From the NCBI GenBank assembly GCA_951406725.2, contig OX597814.1, forward strand, positions 26,412,001 through 26,476,000: DNA of 64,000 nt. The letters run 5' to 3'. The translations under genes were made by a program, and so were the position numbers. This stretch comes from Octopus vulgaris. Its lineage: Eukaryota. Positions 49,431 through 62,295 of this stretch are shown here, in pieces; position 1 is the first letter of the stretch; each line of letters opens with the position of its first letter. Under the pieces are notes generated by a model, which saw only the letters and a list, made by a program, of their open reading frames with translations, did not search any database and had not been told where the DNA came from.

Positions 49431-51360
49431 CATGCAAAAATGTATGTATATTTGTATGAATGTGTGTGTGTGAGAGAGAGAGAGAAGGGCAGAAAGGGAG
49501 AGAGAGAAGAGAAGATAGAGAATTAATGGAAGACTGTATTCATGTGAGTTATTTTCTATGTGTTAGAGAGAGTGTGTGAGAGAGAGACAGAGACTGACAA
49601 AGACAGAGCGAGAGGCTATATGTGCATGTAAGACAAGGTTGTGTGTGTGTGTGTGTGTATAAAAATGAAGATAATGAGAGGTTGGTGGAATAGAAAGAGT
49701 ATAAAAGGACAAGTTTAGTAGAGAGAGAAAATTGATTGAAGGTGGGGGATAAGAAGAAGTGGGGGGTAATAATAAAAATGATACATACACACACACACAC
49801 ACACACATGCATGCACACACAAGCACACACATACACACACAAAGATAGATGTTGAGGAGGATTTCAGGAGGTAAAAAATAATTAAGAGAAAGTGACAGAA
49901 GAAAAAGAGATACAGGAAAGTAGAATGAAAATTGGAGGAAGTGAGAGAGGATAATCAAAAAGGAGAGGGGAGAACTGAAATTAAAGAATGTGAGAGATAG
50001 AAAACTAAACAAGAAAGAGGATGTGAATGAGGAAGAAATATTGAAAGTGATAGTGGAAGATGACAAAAATAAGAAGGAAGAAATAAATTGAATAATGAAG
50101 TAAAAATGGACTAGTCAGGCTATTTTTTGAAAAAAAAGAGTTCTGAGGAAATTCTGAACATCAAAGCTTGATATTGTCACTGATTTCCAGGAGAAATTTT
50201 TAAAAACAGCAAGGAAATGTCTCCTTAATGAAAGGCTTTATTGAAAATGACCTGCTTTTCTGAAGACTGACCCTTAATTTTGCTTTGTTTCATAGAAAAA
50301 CATGAAGGTTGTAGTCAAGCACTAACTATCATTAGTGATCAGAACACATTGAAAACAACCAACTGTTCTTATATTTTCTGTGGCATCATTATTACAATAG
50401 GTTTATTATGTGTGAGAATTTTTACTGAAGCAATATCCTTTCATTTGATAAAAGCTCATCTTCTGAGAAAATAACATTTAAGCAATAATAGATTTGTATT
50501 GGATAAATACCATGTGTATTACAGATTTCCTATAGGTACACTGTGTTCCTAAATGTTGTAAGAGTCAACTAAAAGTATTGGTGATGGGAACGGTATCTGA
50601 CCATGAAACATTATCTCAGAAAACTCGACCAACCCTTACTAGTATGGAAAAGCATATGTTAAACAGTGGTGATAATGATGGTGGTAATTGACATCATCAG
50701 AGAAGGCAGCTTTGTCATAGTCATTGTTACAGCAGCAGTAGCAGCACTGATGATGATAACAAGTTCATCATGCATGTGATATGGTCAGGCACAGTAGTAA
50801 GATTTTCTGGCAAGTCGGATGTATGTTCTCAATTTTATTATCCCAACTGAGAGCACTTTCAATTTATTCATGCTATTAAGGACATGGGTGAAGTCCTGAA
50901 CATTACAGCTTTTCCCCCAATATAAAATGTTGTAAGCTCTATACCTTTGAATTTGGTTTTGATTAATAGATTTGAAGACAATAGCCTACTACAGACTGAT
51001 TTATCTTAGACATATTCTATGAAGGCCAAGCTTTATGCAATGTTTCCAATCTTCACAAAAGCATGGCAAAACAATTTTTCTAATCGCATCATATGGTATA
51101 ATAGTCTAAAAAAAATTCTCAAGATCTTTATTTTCAGTAATATTATGAGAGCAAATTCTTGTTATCTCATCACAGTTTGTCCAGAAACTTAAATTTAAAT
51201 AAGTCAAGCAATTCAAATACATTTTATTCAATGAGGAAAAAGCAAAGGACGTTTTGAACATTGGGTGAGAGGAAATGTCAATAGTTGTTCAAGAATATAT
51301 TCTGTTCCTCTGCATCCCCTTTCATTGCTACTACTAACCCCATCAACACATATATCTGCT

Positions 51361-51800
51361 ATCTATTTTCTACATAAGCTGTGAAAACTCAACCATTCTG
51401 GCTTTGTTTCTGTTTGTATATGTATCTAACTACCTTGATAAACTCATGTTACCATTTGTTTTGATCCTTTCTTCACATATCAAGGATACAAACTATGCCA
51501 TTTACTGAATAAACTTCATTTTCTTCTGGATCTTCATAAATTTTATAAAATGCCTATGCACTGTCATCACTCACAACAAACTCTTAGCTCTTAAATATTT
51601 CTTTGACCTTTGCTCTTTATATGAACCTAGTACTGTCACACTTCTCCACTTAGCTGAACTTGTTTTCAACTCCTCCTGTTACTCCTTCTCTGGTGAATTC
51701 TCCAAACAAACTAACAGGCTAACCATGGTCATTAAGATAGGCCTTTGTTATGCCAATCTCTTCATAGGCTGTTTTGAGGCCCATATCCTCAAACAGGTAT
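51361..51800 (+). mobile_element. Penelope-like element reverse-transcriptase fragment
   Basis: YFLHKL*KLNHSG (cf. Y.LPKIHK.N.PG); VSNYLDKLMLPFVLILSSHIKDTNYAI (cf. LPSYIKDTNH); KCLCTVITH..LLALKYF...PSTVTLLHLAELVFNSSCYSFSGEFSKQTNRLTMVIKIGLCYANLFIGCFE (cf. SLYT.IPH...F.F.G..Y.Q..G.AMG...P.YANLFMG..E). Confidence 0.85.
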
Positions 51801-52152
51801 TAAGAATGGTATATTATTATAATATTTCTTGCATATTCAGTGACCATGTTGTGGCTCATTCACATAGATTTTCTCATTGGTTTGCATAGAGCAAGCTGAG
51901 TTAGTCTTTAAGGAGCTTTTAGTTGACTGCCAAACAATTTGATAAATAGTAGACACAAATGCAAAGTATCATGAAACTATGTATTCAGTACACTTTTTTC
52001 ACCAAAATTAATGATTAAAATTAGGGGTCTGTATAAATCATGATATTAGACTGTAAAATTTTACTTCACCCACTTTCAGAGTGAAAAAAAAACAACAATA
52101 ATGCTAATTTTTTTTGTTGATTATGTTGTTTCTGTTATATAACAATTTATAA

Positions 52153-52370
52153 TAGCAAGTTGGCAGAATCTTTAGAACACTAGAAAAAAAGTATTGCAGT
52201 ATTTCTTTTGGCCTTCCATATTCTGAGTTCTAATCCCATTAAGATCAATTTTGCTTTCCATCCTTTTAGTATTAATAAAATGAAGTACACATCAAGTACT
52301 GAGGTCAATGGTATTAATCATACCCCTCCCCTCAAAATTGCTGTCATAGGCTTAAGCTAGGAACAATTAT
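52153..52370 (+). mobile_element. SINE family B
   Basis: gcaagttggcagaatc...ttctgagttctaatcc...tttgctttccatcctttt...ccctcccctcaaaattgctg. Confidence 0.75.
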
Positions 52371-53984
52371 ATATCCATTTTATATAAAATGAAATATTAA
52401 AAACTAATATATTGGATTGCAGTAGATTATCCACTCATGAAGCAGTTGTACAACACTGCAGGTTATATAAGGTATTACAGGTCTTAAGACAAGCATAAAC
52501 ATTGAGATCCATAGAATATATATGAATTGTGTGCTTTATATGGCTTTTATGGTAAGAACGTAATTTTTTTCATACAAACATTTGAAATTACTTTTATGTG
52601 AAGAAGTTGTCATTTCACTGTCCCTCTTGCAACTATAAGGCATCTATAATAATTCATTTTTACTTAAGATAAAAATTTCATAAAAGAAATGGGAAGCTGT
52701 TGCATTCATGACTTTTTCAAAAGCATTAACAATGTTAGAAGAAGCATTTCAGAATAAAAATTAAAACCAGATTATGATCTTGATGTTCAGAATTTCACCC
52801 CCTTCACATATGGTATCTGTTATAATCTGGAATATATAATGATTTCCCAATTCATAAGCAGAAAGCCACAGGTTTGTCAGAAAAATAGGAAATAGGAATT
52901 TGTGATGTTTATGCCTAATAATTCCATTCAATTTCTCTTATAATTTTTGGAAAAAATTACAAATTACTCTCATACTGATTTTTCATAAATATCTGATGTT
53001 TTCTTTTTGTTTCTTTTTTTCCACTTTTAGAATATTCCGTTATAGCCATCAACATCATCATTATGCAAATATCATCGACATGACTTTTGACTTTTCAGCT
53101 GAGATCAATAAAGACAAATTCAATGCTACTACACCTGTTTTTCATACATTTATTTTTTTTCTCTCTCAGTTCCTTTCAACCATTTTCTAGTTTCTTTCAT
53201 TCTTGATTTTTATCTTTTTTTTTTTCACCTTGAACATGAAAAGGATTGATTAATCAAAAAGGCTGAGAAACTAAAGAAGAGATTTGCATGATTAGGAGGT
53301 AGGGACAGATCAGAGATATAACCAAGGAAGTTCCGGTTGGTGAAGTGAGAATGGGAGAAGCAAAGAAAGGTAGCAGAAATTGTAGGGAGGGGGTTAAAGA
53401 AAGAAAAAAGAAGAAAATGGTAGGGAAATGAAATGAAAGAAATACATGTGAGAAGTAAAGGGTTGAAAATTTACGAAGAAACAAAGGTAAAAATAGTGAG
53501 GAAGAGTAAAGAGAAAGAATAGAGAATAAATGTGAAGAGCAGGAAAGAAAAAGGAAAATAAATATAATGTGTGATATAGTAGTAGATTAAGTGATAGCAG
53601 AGGGATAAAGATTAGGAACATGAGAAAGACAAGGAAAATATAAAGAAGTAGACAGTTGTACCAGTCCTAACTACCTGCATTTATATTTATATACATGACC
53701 ATCTATGTCTACTTCTTTTCTTCATTCCTTTCCTCTTCATCATCCTCATCCCATAGATATATGTGTGTATGCCTGTGCATCTGTGTGTGTGCATGCCCAC
53801 ATGCTTGTGTGTGTGCAAGTGTATGCCTTTATTTTATGATTGACTCTAGGTTTTGCTTCCATATTTGGAAATTCTCTAATTCTTCAACAGGTTAGCTATA
53901 AGAACTATCTCATAAGCAAATAAAAATTTCCTTGGAAAACTGGTTTTAAATTCTAATGTTATGGGGAAAGTATATTTTATGTCC

Positions 53985-54940
53985 ATTTTCCCATCCTTGC
54001 TTAGGTCTTTACCAATAAAGTTTCACTACTTGTTACAATCACTAATCATTTCCTACATGCGGTTCAGCTTCCTGCAATTGTCTTTCACCATCACTTCTCA
54101 TGTCTTAGTCTCCCACTTCCACAGGGTTTTTTTTCCACTTGGATCACTTGGCACTTCTTTAACCAACTTTCATATACATCACATGTCCATAACAGTGTTG
54201 TTTTCTCTTGGACTCAGTTTTTATCTCAGCTCCTTTGTGCTCTGTTGTTCATTCATACTAATATTTCACATTTAATGAAGCATGCTCACCTCATTTCTTT
54301 CTAACCTATACACATCCTACAAATTCAATATTACTATTAACATGCAACATTGTACTACATACACAAGCATCATAAAATCTCCTTTCACTCAGTGAGAAAA
54401 TTCCTTTCTTACTAGCAAAGGTAATACCTCCAAAAGTCTTACCACCCAGTTCTAACTCTAGATACTTTTGTTCATCTGCTTATCCTGATTGTGTAACTGT
54501 GGTGAGTATGTGGAGATCCCTGCCGTGTTGCCTATAATTAGCTTAAATTTTATTTTGATACATAATCATTTTTAATTGTTTCCTTTATACATTTCTCAGC
54601 CAACAATATGTGTAGTACTCCATCAGCTTCAACACAATTATCCATCAGGAAAATTTGTATGTGGTCCTTGCCCATGGGGAATCTTCCCACCATCTTCTTG
54701 TACTTATAATTAATTTTCTTATCTCCACCCTAGTACCTCTTCATTATCTCCATTTCTGCCTTTCATTATGCCAGTGTTGATGGGGACTGCTCTGACTATT
54801 TGCATGTAACAGGAAGAGGAAAGTTCCTGGTGGTCACTTGATTGTTTGGTGTCTACTATCTACATCTGAAAAGAAAAAGCTTGGTCACCTCACAATCATC
54901 TTCAGCGCACTAATAAGCTAAGTTGTAGCCCTGTGTATGT
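53985..54940 (-). mobile_element. Internally deleted RTE LINE (APE endonuclease N-terminus fused to post-RT C-terminus)
   Basis: Minus strand IVRAVPINTGIMKGRNG...ILLAEK...ISTYSPQ (54800-54490) runs directly into SRVRTGW...LPLL...VKG...ACV.STML...YGHVM...VKEVP (54465-54100). Confidence 0.75.
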
Positions 54941-54964
54941 AATTAGGGTTTTTCATTAATTTAA

Positions 54965-55090
54965 CAGCTATGTTTTCAGTTTGGTTTTACAGCTGGTTGC
55001 CCTTTCTAATTCCAACCACTTCACAGTGTGTACTGAGTGCTTTCTTTATGCCACCTGAACTACTGAGGTCACCATGCAGCTTGCAGAATT
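54965..55090 (-). mobile_element. SINE family C fragment
   Basis: ggttttacagctggttgccctttctaattccaaccacttcacagtgtgtactgagtgcttt. Confidence 0.65.
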
Positions 55091-55264
55091 GCAAACCATG
55101 GCCAGGGATCAGCTTCATGCTAGTGGATTAGGGAAAGAGGGTAGGGCAGACAAGAGAGAAGGATAACATAGTCAACAATCTACAGAAGCTGGGAGCAGGA
55201 AGAAGAGGCAGTCCTAATGCATGGAAGGTGGAGATGAGTCACTGTAACTTGGGTAGAGAACAAT

Positions 55265-56778
55265 ACATAGTGTTTCCAGAATTCAGTTTGGTGACTCAGT
55301 TTCAAGAACCTTATATCAGCCCTAACAACTTCATCTTATATCTTCCTGGGTCTCCCCCTTCCACAATTTCCAGCCACTCATTTAGGAATCAGCACTTTTT
55401 TTTTATATAACTGTCCTCCTCCGTATGCATCACATGTCCATACTAGCACATTCTTCGTTCAACAATTGATTCCTGTTATGCCCAGTTTTCATTCAGCATC
55501 TTTGTACTAATTCTTTCATGCACATTCACATTGCACATCCAGTAGTGGAGCATACTCATTTCCTTTCTTTCTAGTCTCCTCTGGTCTTTTGCAGTCAAGG
55601 CCAACTACAATGCAGCACAAGCATATACAGTCTGCCTTTCACGCACAGAGAAAAGATCTTTGTTGTTAGCAGTGGCAGTAGCCTCCTAAACTCTCTTCAA
55701 CCAGTTCTTACTCTAGCTACTATACTTTCAGAGCAACCACCTCCTTTGAAAATTACATCTCGTAGGTAACAAAAACTATCAACTTTTCTAGTGAGTCATC
55801 TGGGCATCTAAGAAACTCAATTTCTGATGTATTTATACAAACTGTTTCAGTGCATCTACTGTATATGAAGCTTACAATCTGCTAGCTGACATTGAGTACA
55901 ATAGCTGACATTGAGTACAGTATATGGAGTTTATACCTACTCCTTTTCTGCAAATTGAGCAAGGCCACTTCTTGTCATCTTTCATACTTACTAAAACCTT
56001 TCTCTTCGCTAGGATTACCTTGAGGCCTCTCAATGCTAGATTTAGCTTCCATGCCTGAGAATTCTTCTCTAATTCCCAATAGATTCAGCTATGAGGAGTG
56101 GATAAACAGCAAATAGAAGTCCCCATGGGCAGCCAGTCTTAAACTCTACTATGATGGCTTGTAGGATTATGATGAAAAGGAAAGGATTGAGGATTAAACC
56201 TTGATGGATTCCAACTTTCATGTTGAATTCATTACTGAAGTCATTGCTAACTTCCAGTTTACTTGCTGCATTCTTGTACATGGCTTGAACTACCTGTACA
56301 AGCCATTCATCTTACTCTTAGTTTGCCAAGTGCCCACCAGATTTCTGAATATAGTACTCAGTCCAATGTTTTGTCCAAATCAATGAAAGCCAGGTTTAGA
56401 GGTTTATTTTTAGCCAGTTATTTCTCCTGTAGTTGCCTCACTAGGAAGATTGCATCTGTGGTGCCTCTAACAGAGTCGGCCAAAGTGCATCTCATTTAGG
56501 TCCACTCTATCACAGATCAATTAGGCTTTGACTTTCTCCATAAGCTTCATAACTTGATCTAGAAGTTTGATTCCCCTATAGTTTCTTCTCACAAAGGCGT
56601 TACCTTTGTTCATGTAGCATCTTACAATGATATTGCAATGCTGGTCATTGGGTAATCACACCCTCCTGAATGACTTGATTAATAATCCAGGTGGTAATCT
56701 TGCATCCCACTTCCCCAGATATTTTAGGTTTTTCTACAGCTATCCCTGATGGACCCATGATTTTCCTCCTCTTCGTAC
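55265..56778 (-). mobile_element. 5'-truncated RTE-clade LINE (RT and C-terminus), pseudogenised
   Basis: GPSGIAVE...RGIKLL..VMK...KVGIHQGLILNPFLFIIILQAIIVEFKTGCPWGLLFAVYPLLIAE (cf. VGVHQGSVLSPLLF...PWELLYADDL)...WPCSICRKGVGINSIYCTQC...RVRTG...YGHVM...GRPRK. Confidence 0.9.
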
Positions 56779-57078
56779 CCTATACACACACAAAAGACTT
56801 CCTTGATAACACAGTGACAAAATTAATGGTTATTTCTCGTAGTTGAAACATTCATGTGTGTCTGTGCATGTATACATATACACACACACACAATGCACAG
56901 ACAGAGAGACAGGGGAGAATAAGTAAAATACGCACACACACATACACACATCAGAAGAGTGACACAATATTTCGCATTATATTTTTTGTAAACACCAATT
57001 TAAAATTATAGATACAATTTTGGAACATGTATCTTTCGCTAATACTTGCAAGGCAATGTCACTGATTATACATATATG

Positions 57079-58282
57079 CAGAGGTGGGCACCGTTAATCG
57101 AAAAGTTAATTTCGTTCATTGTTAATCCGTTAACCAAAAAGTTAATTCTTTGAAAATGTAACAGAAGCTAATGTTAATCCATTAATGTTAACTTTTATTG
57201 AAAAAAGGCATAACTACAGTATAATACCCCACCGACTTTGTTGCCTCATAACTTCCAGGAAAACAGATACTTTTTAACAAAACTTTCATCAAATAATAGC
57301 TTATATTCTGTAGACTGAGTGTATGTGAAGATTTGTTGGGAAAAATTTTCCGAGGGGTTGGGGAGAGGAGTTTCAGAAAATTCACAGACCCCACATTTTC
57401 CCACCTCATAACTTTCTGGAAAATAGGTATTTTTTAACGAAATTTTATACAAATACCTTTCAAACAGTGTAGATTACAATTACAAAGAAATTTTTAGGCA
57501 AAATTTTTGGAAAGGGATGGGGGCAAAGAGTTTCTGGGAAATGAAGTTTCAGATCAGATGGCCCACATAAGTTGGAATTTCTATTTTTCTCAATGTTTTT
57601 CACCAAAGTCTTCTGAATGATGAAAGGAATCTTTTCACAAAAAAAAAGAAAAATATTCTGAAAATTTTTTCATTTCTGCCACCCCCTCACCACCCTAGTC
57701 CGAAACGATTTTGGCCATTTTTTGTTTTTACACTACACACTTAAAACCCATGAGAGAAACATTTTCAGCTTAAAAAACAAATTGTTAATAATTTCAGAGG
57801 AAAATGTGTGATTTAAGGGAAATCAGGCTGTTGTTTCTAGCACATTCCCCAAACCTTCCTCCTCATTTCTTTCTCACTCACACATCTATTGATATTTTTC
57901 AATATTTTTCTCCCCATAAACAAATTTTATGGAATGATGATGTCAAAGTAACACACATGTAGTCCCAACCAAGCGAGGCCATGTTATGTGTGTGTGTAAG
58001 AAAAAAAAGCACCTAAAAATGATGCATTCAATATTAAATATACTAAAACAATCTGAAAACAATAGAAACCTTTAAACGTTTACCAGTTTTTATGAAATTT
58101 TGGGGTTAATGGACTTGAGTTAACAGGAGCTAAATGTAATGGAAGTTAATTAGTCTGATAATGATTTTCAAAGTTAACTTAAAAATGTCAACTTCATTAA
58201 TTAACGATTAACAGATTTAACTTATAAATGTTAACTTCGTTAATTAACAATTAACAGATTAATGGATTTACACCCAGCTCTG
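57079..58282. mobile_element. Non-autonomous hAT-superfamily DNA transposon with 8-bp TSD
   Basis: TIRs cagaggtggg / cccagctctg; identical catatatg at 57071-57078 and 58283-58290; dense GTTAAC/GTTAAT subterminal repeats at both ends; no ORF. Confidence 0.9.
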
Positions 58283-58429
58283 CATATATGTGTGTGTGTA
58301 TGCATGCCTATGTTTAGCTGGGTGTATTTGTGTTTACATACAGACACACACACACATATACTATATACACATATATATACATACCATACATACCACTTAA
58401 TAAGAGTTTAACAGCTTGTTGTCCAGGTC

Positions 58430-59250
58430 TGTGCCAGCTATATCATTACCAAAAACGAGACAGATTGTGTTTTATTATAACACCAAGAGTGCAAAAGAAA
58501 TAATTAAAGGCATAACTATGTACCACAAAATAAAAAGAAAAATGAAAAATTACCATCTAATGTAAACTGGTAGCTAAAACCAAGTGATATTAATGACATT
58601 TTGTATGAAGTAAAGAATTTAAGTCCTTATTGAGCAGCAGGGATATGAAGAGCAATTATAGAAGCTAATGATAAATCATTTCTCTTGAATTGTCCCAGGA
58701 GTGCAATAACAGAATGTATGAGACACTGAAGAAAATACTCTTGAGGAAGGCAAGCTACATTTTTCTTGGCCTCAACTTCATAACAAGCTGAAAATAGACA
58801 CTAATAACACTTTCATGGTTGATTAGCTAGTGTTTAGAAGAATTGTTCAGTTGTGAAAGATGTCCTTCTATAATTTATAGAACTGCTTAAATTTGTTGCA
58901 GCATGGGTCAGTTTTTGCTAGCTAAAGCAAGACAGATGCAAAATATTGGGTAAACAGAATAATTAACAGTGTCATATGGGATTTGGAAATCAAAAATGGT
59001 TGATAAGGTGCCAGCTTGATAAATGTGGGTAGTTTTTGTGACATTATGGTGGTATGCACTATTGAGGATTTAACATTTTTATTTAATTCTTCAAGCTGTA
59101 CGCATAAAAGAAATTGAATTAACTTCATTTTTGTATTTGGGATGCAAGATTTTGATGTAAATTCATGTGCTGAAACAAATCTCAAGGAAAACCTTAATGA
59201 GAGAGGGCATCTCATAGAAGAGACCATGAATAACAATGAAAGGACTGACA
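58430..59250 (+). mobile_element. Possible very old R4/Dong-like RT region; may continue at 60820-61020
   Basis: Scattered remnants LPK, IEQQG (cf. P.EQ.G) and H.W...LE in the expected order; heavily frameshifted. Confidence 0.3.
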
Positions 59251-59479
59251 AACCAACAACCAATTGATTGTTTATTCAAAACATTAAACAAATGATCGAT
59301 TAGTTAGTTGATTAGATATTTAACCAATTGACTATCTATAAGGAAGTGATATTGAAGCAGTGTGTGTTTTTATTGTTACCAGTATCATGACTCTCCAAAG
59401 ACACAGCAAAAATTGAACTAGGTTCTTGTCAATGTTACAACACTGCCTCTTGAGCTAATATGATAAGCCTGTATGTAGC

Positions 59480-59665
59480 TGCTAAGCTAGCTGGATATAG
59501 CAATTAAATATCACTCAAATTACTCTCTATCTTTAAAAAAGGGAAAAGACACATTGGATAATTTAGTCCTAGATAAACAATGTCTGAAATAAAAGTTGGA
59601 ATAGTCATGGCTATAGTACCTTTCATAGGTTTGCTCGATCAGGTCTGCTTAGAGCTAAACAGCAA
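59480..59665 (+). mobile_element. SINE family E
   Basis: gctggatatagcaattaaatatcactcaaat...gacacattggataatttagtcc...cataggtttgctcgatcagg...gctaaacagc. Confidence 0.7.
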
Positions 59666-59899
59666 TATGCATGCCACCACTGCTTAGAATGGTGAATTAT
59701 TCGCAACCTGTGGAACCTACTCTCAGCTAGCAGGTACCAAACCATTTGTGATTTGAGTTTCTTAGATATTGACACAATGAGGTGTTTATGACAAGATATG
59801 CACAGCTAATGTTGACATATCTATGCAGTAAATATCAAAAATCTAATTAGAAACAATTATGTAATAATGACTTAACCAAGTTACCAATTAAACTTTTGA

Positions 59900-60152
59900 A
59901 GCCCATCTTGCATGTGTATGTGAGTGTGTTTATGCCTCCTTGTTTTGACATCAAGTAATAGTTGTAAATGAGTGATATCATCATATAAACTATTCTTTGA
60001 AACATGTCCAGCCATGGGGAAATATTACCTTGCTTATGAATGAGGAAGGGTTGACAACAGGAAAGGCATCCAGCTGTAGAAAATCCACCTCAAATTTCCT
60101 CTGGCTGATATAAGAATGAAAAAATGACGGTTAAAACAATGATGATGATGAT
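59900..60152 (+). mobile_element. SINE 3' part sharing the family C motif and (ATG)n tail
   Basis: gacaacaggaaaggcatccagctgtagaaaatc...gttaaaacaatgatgatgatg. Confidence 0.6.
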
Positions 60153-61584
60153 ACTCTAAAATATGTTTAGTAAGTCACATGACTGATAGTGTAGTTACTA
60201 GTTTCAACACTTATTGCTTCTCCTTTCAAGAAGGTAGTATATAGCATAGAACTGTGCTGTACACACTCTCTAATGTAGATCTGACAAATTTGAACAAAAT
60301 AAAAGTTATGATAAGGAAATAATGAACATACAATAATATGATTAATCTGTGGAAACCATACTTAAACAAAATGCAAGAGTATGAGGCATAAAATAAAAGA
60401 GCAAAAACATAGATGTAGAGATTTTAAGAATGTGAAGTCAGGAGGTAGAGAGAAACACACAGAGAGATAGATAGATAGAGGAGGAGTGAGTAAGAAAATG
60501 TAAGATTGATGGGAAATATGAAGAATAATAATGCTGGAGAATGTTGATGAAAACTGCTTTATCTCAGAGACTCTTCCAAACAGAAGAAATGGAAAAGGGA
60601 AAGAAAGAGTTACAAAGTATTTTGAAAAAGAGATGGATAAAGGAAGAGAGAAGGGGAGTAGATGGGACAAGAAGAGAAAGTAGAAAATGACTGTGGAGAT
60701 GACAGATAAGGTATTAGAAGAGGTAAATGTGCCCTAGACTTTGAAAGAAAAACAATAAATAAATACAATAAGAAGCATTGTAAATTGAAGAGAATCAAAT
60801 ATTAAAAACAAAAATAGATAAAAACCCAATGTAAAAATAACAAGGATTAATTCATAACAGTTTACTAATTGGTGAAGATATGAGCTAAATTATTCATAAT
60901 GCCAGCAAGCTGAAGGAGACTAAAAGCATTTACTTGGCCCTATGAGATGTTGTTGAATCTATTATCTACCTCTGCCCCTGTCAGTCAAAACCATTATGTT
61001 CAACTCTGGTCAATAAGAAAGCATGTAAAAATAAGATAAGAAAATAAAAACGAAAGTAATAATTGAATAAAAATTAACTTAAGTGGCCTCTCCTGGTTCA
61101 GAGAGCAGTGTATGTCAACTGAAGTTAATGAGTGGCCCAAGAATATCATTAAAAAAAGGGGAAAAATAAAACAAAGATTCAACTATTCTGAAGGGATTTC
61201 CTGAGGGTTCTAAAAGTAGATTACAGCCACTAATAATTGGGATTGTTTTCTTCATATATATTTCATATACTTTATGTTCCATACCCTACATTATACCACT
61301 CTAATGCATTCTTGATGCTATATTCTTTGAAAAAATATTGATAATTTATTTTTTCCTTTCTTTGATACATAGGTATACACATCTAGTTCAAAAGATGTGC
61401 CAAAAAGTGTGACATGTTAACATAGGGTATGGGTGTGGTAGATGAGTTCTGTATTTCTCTCCTATCTACAATGTGATTAGCTGACGGTCTTTGCAGAGTC
61501 CACACAGCCTGTTAAAGAAAAAAATACAAGTCAGTATATAAGTAGTAATACTGATTACATTTCTATGTTCCTTATACATACACC

Positions 61585-61632
<48 letters not shown>

Positions 61633-61682
61633 TATTTACATATATATATATGTATATATATTTATATATATATTTTTATATA

Positions 61683-62100
61683 CTTTTACTCTTTTACTTG
61701 TTTCAGTCATTTGACTGCGACCATGCTGGAGCCTAGTACTTATTCTATCGGTTTCTCTTGCTGAACTGCTAAGTTACAGGGATATAAACACACCAGCATC
61801 GGTTGTCAAGTGATGTTGGGTGGGACAAACACAGCCACACAAACATATACACACACATACATATACATATATATATATATATGTATATATAACGGATGTT
61901 AAACGATGATGATGATATATATATATATACATACATATATATGACGGGCTTCTTTCAGTTTCTGTCTACCAAATCCACTCACAAGGCTTTGGTTGGCCCA
62001 AAGCTATAATAGAAGACACTTGCCCAAGGTTCCACGCAGTCGGAATGAACCCAAAACCATGTGGTTGTTAAGCTAGCTACTTACCTCACAGCCAGTCCTG
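61683..62100 (-). mobile_element. Full-length SINE family A
   Basis: Reverse complement of 8485-8897 with a small internal deletion. Confidence 0.9.
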
Positions 62101-62105
62101 TGCCT

Positions 62106-62136
<31 letters not shown>

Positions 62137-62295
62137 CTTAGGTCCTGGTAGGGTATTTCCAGAGAACCATTCAAGCTAAATTCTGGGCTATCATCACTGT
62201 TGGATTCCAGACCAATGCTGGAATTCTTCAAGTTTAGTAAATCCTTGTTTCACGATGGTAACACCATTGTGTGTGTTTGGTGAAGAGTAAATTAT

